This document shows, piece by piece, positions 55,685-64,000 of a stretch of DNA of 64,000 bases (position 1 is the first letter of the stretch; each line of letters opens with the position of its first letter). Source of the DNA: Vairimorpha necatrix (Eukaryota); NCBI GenBank assembly GCA_036630325.1, contig CP142729.1, positions 434,001 to 498,000 on the forward strand. The letters are read 5' to 3'. A program made the position numbers and the translations under genes. The notes under the pieces were generated by a model. It was not told the origin of the DNA. It searched no databases and saw only the letters and a program-made list of their open reading frames with translations.

Positions 55685-57545
55685 GACTTAACTGTTGTCG
55701 AGTTTGTTTCGAGACTCTAATTAGGACTTGTTAGAAGAAGATGTATATTAGTCAATCTAATATTACTCATTGTTCTTATTACATTTTTCTTAAATCAATA
55801 TTAAAATTTCCCTCCAAAATGTAGCATTTTGAGCAAAAAATTAAATATAATACAAGTTGTAGAAATATGTGTAGAACACATATTTGTGACGCAATTGTTT
55901 GAATTACAAAAATGCTAATATCTCATTTTTTAAACCAATACATAATTCATTATGAAAGGGAATTCTGAAGGTCAGTGTAGGGTTGCCGCATGACATCAAT
56001 TCTAGCTAGAACAGACTCTTAAGTCTAAAAAAAATATCTATACAGCAGATTAAAATGTTCAAAGCACATTATATGTCAATAAAACTTTGGAAATACATCG
56101 TCCAATTTAAAAGAATAAACTGTTTAGACCAAAAATTTCGGAACGTGAATCTTTTAGAAGCTATAAATCATCGAACAACTCTTGTTTGAAGAATTGTAAA
56201 ACAACACATAAAATAGTACCTAGAGTGTGGGTGTATTTAGTGTGTACAAAATTATATGTGGTACAGAACACACGGGTTAAAGAATGAAGAATATTTGCAT
56301 GTAAGTAGATCAAACTAGTAATTTTTTTTATGCTGAGAAAAATAACGATACCTGTAAAAAATGCCATTGATTCTAAAAAAGTCAAAAAATACAGCGTAGC
56401 TTATTAAAACATACGTAAATATTTAACTTTAAACGTTGATGCTTATTTATTGGTCGAATAAATAATGCAAATATGAGACAATTCGATTTCTATTTATAGA
56501 AACTCTCCACCGCTTACTTATAATAAAAAAAATTGATTATTATATTTACTATAGACAAGGCAAAATAAACAAAAGTTTAATCTAAGAAAGCAGGTCTGAT
56601 AACCAAAATTACGCTATCAAAATTGCTTTAAACAGAATGGATAAGTTTACAATCCCACCTATTCTCAATAAATTTTTTAAGAATATCATAATCAGTTTCA
56701 TTGACACAAAACAATCAATATCGACAAAATTGAGTTATTAAATTAATGTCATTTGAGAATTGATAACAAAACAAATATGTCAAACTCAGATTCCTAAGAA
56801 TTCATAAATTAAATGTATATATAGCTAAATTTGTATAGGAGGCTTCATATTTTCAAATTGAGTATATATAATAAATTATAAAATCACCAACATTTATTTT
56901 TTTACTTTGCGCCTTAAATCGGGCATTTTTTAAAATTTATATACATAATTTTTATTTTTTCCATGGCTTCTTATGCTCTGTTTAAAAAAAACGATGTATT
57001 TCAAATAATTTGCTTTTTATCATAGTTAGAATAATAGTTTTATTATTATTTTTTTTAGCAAAGTTATAACTTTATGAAATAGCTAAAAATAAAATTATAT
57101 TAGAAAAATTACAAAAATGGTCATGCATCACATATTAATGTATTGCCTCGTATATAAAAACAAAACATTATTTTAAATACGGCAAAAACTTAATAAATTA
57201 CTAAAATAAAAAATCATGAACTTGGTTCTCATTTTTTATTTGATTATCATAGTATATATAACATAGATTGTAAATTAGAGATTCTACATAAGAATCTTTA
57301 TGTAGAGATAAATTATCATCATTTCTAACATATAACTTTATGGTTGTGTAAACCATTATTTTCCTTACATAAAAAACTCTTACTAGCTTTATTAATAGCC
57401 ACTGGATTCCCTTCAGACTTTTTCGATTAAGGTTTTGAATAATTATTTAAACATAGTATCAAAGATTGTTTGCGTGAGACAATTATATTTGCCAAGCTTG
57501 TTTTAAAGTTTTTATCAGTATAATGCAATTTATGTCTATTAACAT

Positions 57546-60500
57546 TGTCGTATCCTTCTATAAATATTATATATTTTCACCCCCATGCAATTCGTAAATA
57601 AAGGAACATTCGACATGGCGACAGCGATAAAAACTGTTGGCTGCTTCGGTGGAAAGAAGGAAGAGGATATAAATACATGGTTGCGTGACACAACGTTCAC
57701 GGCGAGGGTTATGGGACTGACAGAAGATCAGACCGCCAGACTTATCTGCCTGGGTCTACGGGGCCAGCCCTCTCATGGTAAGCAATGGCATTTGAACGAG
57801 TGTCCGAACTTGATCTGGCAGAGGTTACTAAGAGTCTAAAATCGAGATTTTACAGTTCACAGAAAACTCTGGCCGCTCTAGACGAGTTTGTTAAACCGCA
57901 ACATTTTGGCAACCTAGAGGCTTTCATAGACTTCTGCAGGAAAGGAAACTTTCTTATAGAGCAACAAACAATGGAGTACAAAGCAGTCAGCCTCATAGTA
58001 ATCAAGAAGTCTCCTTCAGTCCTCAAATCAATTCTTTATGATTTTGCTAGACAATGCCAAGATTGGAGTGAATTCCTGAGGCGCGCAGAGGAAGTTTCTT
58101 GGATAGCATTCCCTATGAAAAGTAACACGACTAATACGGACGAGACACTAGATAACAGGACTTTGAAGGTCGCACCATCGAAGAAGGGAAATATACCCTA
58201 CACCATAGAAAACTACAAGATCAACAGCTGTTTCGCTAACCCTTGCTACATAAACGTAGAATTCAATCGTAAACGACATCGAGCATTAATTGATACCGGA
58301 GCTGATGTCTCCCTGATACCCGCAAGAGTCCTCGAAGGGACAAACATCAGATTTACCAGATCTTCAACGATCATACGAGCAGCATCAGGGACACCATTGG
58401 AGATTACAGGAAGATGTCTAAATATCAATTTTAGGACGGAAAACACTTCAATTACTTTCAGCCCTTACGTCACAGAACGGATACCGGACTACATAATCTT
58501 AGGAGTTGACGCTATACGAACGAACCCCATATTACTGGAACAACTGATCAGAAAATTCGCCAATACAGTCAAGAAAGGCTCACTGATTAACAAAGTAAAT
58601 TACATCTCAATCGAAGAGAAATACCATGACATGTTCAAAACTGAAATTTCAGAGCTTACACTTTGTAACATGGGGAAACATCAAATCGAGAAAACAGTAG
58701 CGAAGGCAATTTACCAGAAAAACGGAAAGATCCCTCTGCACTTTGAAGAGGAAATCACACAACAGATCAAGAAGAACTTGCAGTTGGGCGTAATAAGAAA
58801 TAGTAGGAGCCCCTGAAACAGTAGAGTTGTTCCGGTAACGAAACCTGATGGGTCAATCAGGCTCTGTATAGATTACAGAGAGCTCAACAAGATAACAGTC
58901 AAAGATAAATACCCCCTCCCACGAATTGATGAAATTCTCGACGATCTAGCTGACGCTACTATCTTTTCGACATTAGATGCTACGTCGGGATATTATCAGA
59001 TAGCCCTTGAAGAAGTAGACAAGGAGAAGACAGCATTCAGCTGGAGAGGAGGACATTATGAATTTAACAGGATGCCGTTTGGGCTATGTAATGCCCCTGC
59101 TACTTTTCAGAGAACTATGGATAAGATTTTTGTGAAAGAAAACAGAAAATTCGTCATACCATACTTGGATGACATTATTATCTATTCTAAAAATCACCAG
59201 GAACACCGTGAACACTTGGAAATCGTATTGGGTAAGCTTAAGGCAGCAGGAATCGCACTTAACAGGAAGAAGTGCCACTTCTTCAAAGAAGAAATTAAAA
59301 TTCTAGGGAATATAGTAACGAACAAGACGATCAAACCGGACCCAGAGAAGGTCAAAGCCATAAACGAGTATAAGGAGCCGACGAATATTGCTCAACTACG
59401 GTCGTTTCTTGGGCTCATAAATTACTGTAGGGAGTTCATCCGTAACTTATCAGCGATAGCAGCCCCTCTCTACGAACTGTTTAAAGGAGAGTCAAAGCGA
59501 AGTGTTAAGAGTATTTCTCTCAGCAAAAAGGAGAAACGGGCATTCGAAGATCTAAAGAGACTTCTCACAGAAGAGACAATAAGATACAAGATTAATCTTA
59601 GGAAACCGTTTATACTGACTACGGATGCGTCAGAGCAGGGAATAGGCGCGATCCTCTCACAGATTGGAGATGATGGGAAGGAGCACTTCGTAAGTGCATT
59701 CAGCAAAAGTTTAGAGAAAGCCCATAAGAACTACTCTACAACAGACAAAGAACTCTTGGCCGTTGTAAAAGGCATCGAGAACTATAGACACTACCTCCTG
59801 GGTAGAGAGTTCATATTGAAGACGGACCACAAAGCGCTGACTTATCTATGGGAAGCTAAGAACCCTACCAGTAGATTGCTGAGGTGGGCAATGAAGTTGC
59901 AGGAGTATGCATTTCAATCAACCTACATAAAAGGAGAGGTTAATGGAGCAGACGGGTTAAGCAGACAAAACTCGACAGAAAAAGATATAAATATCATTGA
60001 AGCTACAGGACCAAGCGATGAAGACAGACAGAAGATCTTAGAATCCTACCATCTAGACGTTGGACATGCTAGCGCTAGTACGATGAGCTTCATGATTTCA
60101 CAGAGGTACAAATGGGCAGGAATGCATAAGGACATCAAGGAACACGTAGAAAAGTGTAAAACGTGCTTGAAATCGGGATACCCATTACGAAACACAAAAA
60201 ACAAAGTTATACGATCAGAAAGGCCGAACCAAATATGGGTGATAGATCTCATAGGACGCATATGCGACACTTCGGGTCAAAACAGCTTCATATTCATTGC
60301 TATTGACCACTACTCTAAATGGGTCGAGACGGCTGTTATTAACTATAAAACAGGGTCGACAATAATGGGATTAATCCAGCAATTGATTATAGAGAAACAC
60401 GGCATTCCAGAAAGAATCTTGACTGACAACGGGCTAGAATTTATAAATTCTGACATCAAAGACCTGGCCGAAAAGAACGGTATTGACTGGCAATACAGTT

Positions 60501-61086
60501 CACCAGAACATCACGAAACTGTAGGCGCAGTAGAAAGAGCGAATCAGACGTTAATGAAGATACTAATAAAATTACAGATTTCGGAAGGGTAAGCTGGAAG
60601 AACAAGCTTCCAGAAGCCACGAGATGCCTCAACCTGTCTTATAATCGGAGCATAGGAACATCGCCGTTCATGTTAAGGGAGAATAAATTGCCGATGCTGT
60701 CTGTAGACAAAGCGCTAGACAAGGAAGAAGTGACATTCTCAGCGGAGGAAACGAAGAGTAAGCGCGATGAAAACTTCGAAAAGTACAAAAAAGCAATCGT
60801 GAAAGGGAAAGTAGAGGTGGCGGAAAAGCTAAACGTGGTCGATAAAGTTTTAATATATCGTGAGACCAAAAGCGGGAAGTTCAAGTGCAATTGGGAAGAT
60901 GGATACGTGATCACAGAAATAATTTTACCCGATGCCTATGTGGTAAAAAAGAATGGAAAAGTATACAGGCTAAAAAAACACGAGTTAAAGCAGATACTTC
61001 AATTTAGGGGGGAGAGGTGTCGTATCCTTCTATAAATATTATATATTTTAACCCCATGCAATTCGTAAATAAAGGAACATTCGACA
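57546..61086 (+). mobile_element. Complete compact Ty3/Gypsy LTR retrotransposon (3541 bp), inactivated
   Basis: LTRs at 57546-57615 and 61018-61086 (TGTCG...CGACA), TSD AACAT, PBS TGGCGACAG and PPT AGGGGGGAGAGG. Contains gag, protease (LIDTGAD), RT (YLDD), RNase H (TDAS, ELLAV, TDHKAL) and integrase (HHCC, IDLIG, TDNG, VERAN). Confidence 0.96.
57585..61035 (+). pseudogene. gag-pol polyprotein with a frameshift/stop near 57770-57782, TGA at 58814-58816 (conserved Trp) and a frameshift near 60570
   Basis: The ORF-track pieces at 57585, 57785, 59072 and 60670 are colinear. RT continues in frame past the TGA (SP*NSRVVPVTKPDGSIRLCIDYR). Confidence 0.9.
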
Positions 61087-62240
61087 AACATGCTTTATAT
61101 GAACACATTGAAAATTAAATTTAATTTATAACGTTCATTATAGAAAATATTTGTGCCTGTTGTAAAATAAAGAGCAAGGGCAAGCCAACAAGTCATATTT
61201 ATTTATTTTTTCCATACGCATGCAAATCCCTTAAATTTCTTGCAATAATAAAAAAATATAATAAAATACTTTGCCCTTTACACATAAAAGCATTCTCAAG
61301 CTTTCCCCCGTGAAATTTACAAAAAAACTAAAAAACTTTTGTTGTTATTAAAGAAAAGCCACTCAGCAAATAAAATCTTCAACGACCAACAACTAGTATT
61401 ATACACCAGCATATCATAAAGGCCTTGCTTGTAGGAGAAAAAAAACCCCCTAGGATTAGAAATACAGACAGCTGTGTCTGTGACCTGCGTTCGGCAGGAT
61501 TATAAGAGAATAGCACGCCTGACTAACTCGTCAGATAAGAACTAACTAGTTCAAAGTAAATGCTACGGCATCAGCAGCTTGCCATACCTCTTCCAGGTAA
61601 AGAAATGTGTTTCTTTTATTCTGGATTTCTCTAGATCTGTTCTAGCTCGTATGCCTTTTTTTGTCGTATGACGATATATTGTTGAACAATCATCTTGTCT
61701 AAGATCTACTCTTGCAATTAGAGACTTTATTTTATCAAAAAAGTTTTTATGCCATTGATGTTACCAATAATCACCTTTACTCGCTCTTCTCCTGTTTGTA
61801 TTGTAGACTTCAACTCAACTATCAAGTAAAAATCAAGACAAAAAATATTTATTTACTAAATATTTTTTAGATTAGACCATTATTTTAGAATGGTTTAATT
61901 GTAATTAAATATAATATGTTTTTTAATTAAATTGTTCATGGTGGGTATAAACATTATGAAAAAGAGCAGGTGAAGAAAATATTTTAGAGTGCTTACCAGG
62001 ACAACCCTTAGCAATAGATGATGTATTAAAAACCATCAACAAGCAGATATAGATCAAAAACTTGCAATACAAGAGTTAAAATTAAAACACCGCATATTTA
62101 ATTTGTTATTTTTTAAAAAATTATTAAAAAAGAAATTTTTAAAAAATTTATAAAAAAAAAAATTTACAACAATATGCAAAATTATTTTAATGGACTATTT
62201 TAACCTTGACTTAAGAACTTAAAATACGTTAAAGAAAGTT

Positions 62241-63734
62241 TTAATTTAATTTCTCTATCTTTTCTTTGAGTTTTAAAAACGCCATAGAAATGTTCTCCCA
62301 TGTGTCACTGACTGAACTCGATAGCATTTCTTGATATTTTACTATTTCTTCAAATAATAATACCAGATCAATCTTATTTTCATCACTAGCATTGATAGAT
62401 CTTGAAATATCGTGTAAAAATTTGTATAATTTTTCATTGATATAATGATTGTTTACATGGTTCTCAAATTCCATCATTAAACATACTTTTATCATAAAAG
62501 TAATATCATTGTCCATAGAAGTTATATAATTGATGATATTATTTAAGTTTTGGTCTATATTCATCCCCTGAATAAATAAAATAGCTTTATCTAAAATACT
62601 TATATCATTTTTCAGAATATCCATCTCGCCTTTTCTTATTAAATTAGAAGAAGTACAAATGACTTCAAAACATATGTGAATTGCCGAATCTGCGTTTTCA
62701 TATATGCTTTTCATAATCTTTATGAGCGAATAGTTCCTCTCGATATACCTCATAAATAAGTTAACTTCATTTATATTGTTTTTATTTTTATTTATGAAAT
62801 TTACTAATCTCTTAAAATCGTTAAATATTTTTCTGTTTAAAACTCTCTTTTTAATCGTAACATCATAACTATCGATTGATTCTAAATTTTGTGAAAAAAT
62901 AATAGTATTTTTATTATTAGCATATTTTATAGTTGCTTTTTCAGAATCAATAATAAATGTATGATTTTTAAGATCCATATCACTAAAGTTATGCTTTTTA
63001 GATATTACTTTTCTTGGATATTGTGAATTTGCGTAGATTTCATTGAGATCAAAAAAATCGAAAATTTTTAGTATATGAGTAAGAAAACGGCCCTTGTCTT
63101 TTCTTTTTAAATTTTTATATTTTAAATGAGCAATAAAGTCTTTCTCAAATTCAAGATCTAATATATTGATTTCAACAAAATGATATATTGTATTTATCTC
63201 ATAAACGAAATAATAAACTAATGGACAGGTTGTTTTTAATTTTGCGACATAATTAACACAATTCGGATTTTCTATAATATGACTAATGAAATTATCTATA
63301 GGACTATTGTCCTCAATAATAGCATCATAAAAAAAGGTGTTCTCATCATTTTTAATTTCTAGATTGTATTCTTTTAATTTTTTTATAATTATTCTATGGT
63401 TCTTTGAAGTATTAATAGTAAATACTAATACATTATACTTTTGATTAATTTTTTTTTGCTTAAAATACTTTTCGATGCATATTTCTATTATTTTATCAAA
63501 TTGATCAGACATTAAAAATGAAAAGATTTTTTTAGATGATTTGTGAGTCGAGGAAATTTCAGACTCGATTGCGCAAATATCAATGTAATGTTTCTCGTAT
63601 TCACTGTTCATTGAATCATAAGTGAAAAAATTTTCGCTTGTTAATTGATTTTTTACTACAGTTTCAAGTTTGTAATTTAAATATCCCGTTGCTTTTACTA
63701 ATAAAATAAATGAGAAGTTTTTTATAGATATCAT
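62241..63734 (-). CDS. Lineage-specific, probably secreted protein (497 aa)
   Basis: Signal-peptide-like MISIKNFSFILLVKA with start context GCCCTAATG; no family recognised. Confidence 0.75.
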   Translation of the reverse strand: MISIKNFSFILLVKATGYLNYKLETVVKNQLTSENFFTYDSMNSEYEKHYIDICAIESEISSTHKSSKKIFSFLMSDQFDKIIEICIEKYFKQKKINQKYNVLVFTINTSKNHRIIIKKLKEYNLEIKNDENTFFYDAIIEDNSPIDNFISHIIENPNCVNYVAKLKTTCPLVYYFVYEINTIYHFVEINILDLEFEKDFIAHLKYKNLKRKDKGRFLTHILKIFDFFDLNEIYANSQYPRKVISKKHNFSDMDLKNHTFIIDSEKATIKYANNKNTIIFSQNLESIDSYDVTIKKRVLNRKIFNDFKRLVNFINKNKNNINEVNLFMRYIERNYSLIKIMKSIYENADSAIHICFEVICTSSNLIRKGEMDILKNDISILDKAILFIQGMNIDQNLNNIINYITSMDNDITFMIKVCLMMEFENHVNNHYINEKLYKFLHDISRSINASDENKIDLVLLFEEIVKYQEMLSSSVSDTWENISMAFLKLKEKIEKLN

Positions 63735-64000
63735 TAGGGCTAAAATTTTCGGGTATTTATATTCTTTTCAAATTAAATCAATGTAGTTCTTATTAAAAAA
63801 CTTTACATATGGCAGATGGTATATTTTTTATAAACAGACACATATGTCTAAAAAACAAATTTATGTCAAAAAACTCCGATGTCAAATTTCAAGTTTTTGA
63901 TTTTTTTGATTTTTGTAAAATGCAAAAAATATAAAGTAAAACGTAATAATGCGATAATTTTCATATATTTGTATATAACTTTCGATTTTCAAATTTTTGG

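Noticed and set aside
58814..58816. TGA at a conserved Trp as a sign of an alternative genetic code or programmed read-through
   Set aside because: Other Trp codons are TGG, APC11 ends in TGA, and the element has further frameshifts, so this is ordinary decay.

Overview
This is AT-rich, apparently intron-free eukaryotic DNA with the hallmarks of a microsporidian genome, probably Nosema/Vairimorpha-like (inferred from miniaturised housekeeping genes, a CCC motif just upstream of most ATGs, and a serpin). About 5.7-31.3 kb is a gene-dense core: a divergent Lhs1/GRP170-like Hsp70, proteasome beta-6, uL22/RPL17, APC11, UBL-eL40, a Mei2-like RRM protein, a V-ATPase proteolipid, an unannotated 43-aa MPP6-like ORF, SPB1, eIF5, a soluble HMG-CoA reductase, a 63-aa Cwc25, RMD1, tRNA-Lys, GFA1, a GSK3-like kinase, a minimal GDA1/CD39 apyrase, an FH1-less formin, an EF-hand protein and tRNA-Asp. 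The flanks (1-5.6 kb and 31.3-64 kb) are gene-poor and rich in transposons. They hold two Ty3/Gypsy elements, several RLE-type (R4/Dong-like) non-LTR copies, one intact and one decayed Merlin (IS1595-like) DNA transposon, solo-LTR-like repeats, a serpin and two lineage-specific, probably secreted proteins. The most notable pattern is a set of miniaturised LTR retroelements with LTRs of only ~55-85 bp. Each LTR carries the host CCC promoter motif and abuts the PBS directly, so an ATG is formed across the junction. The set includes a two-copy, ~750-bp non-coding TRIM family.
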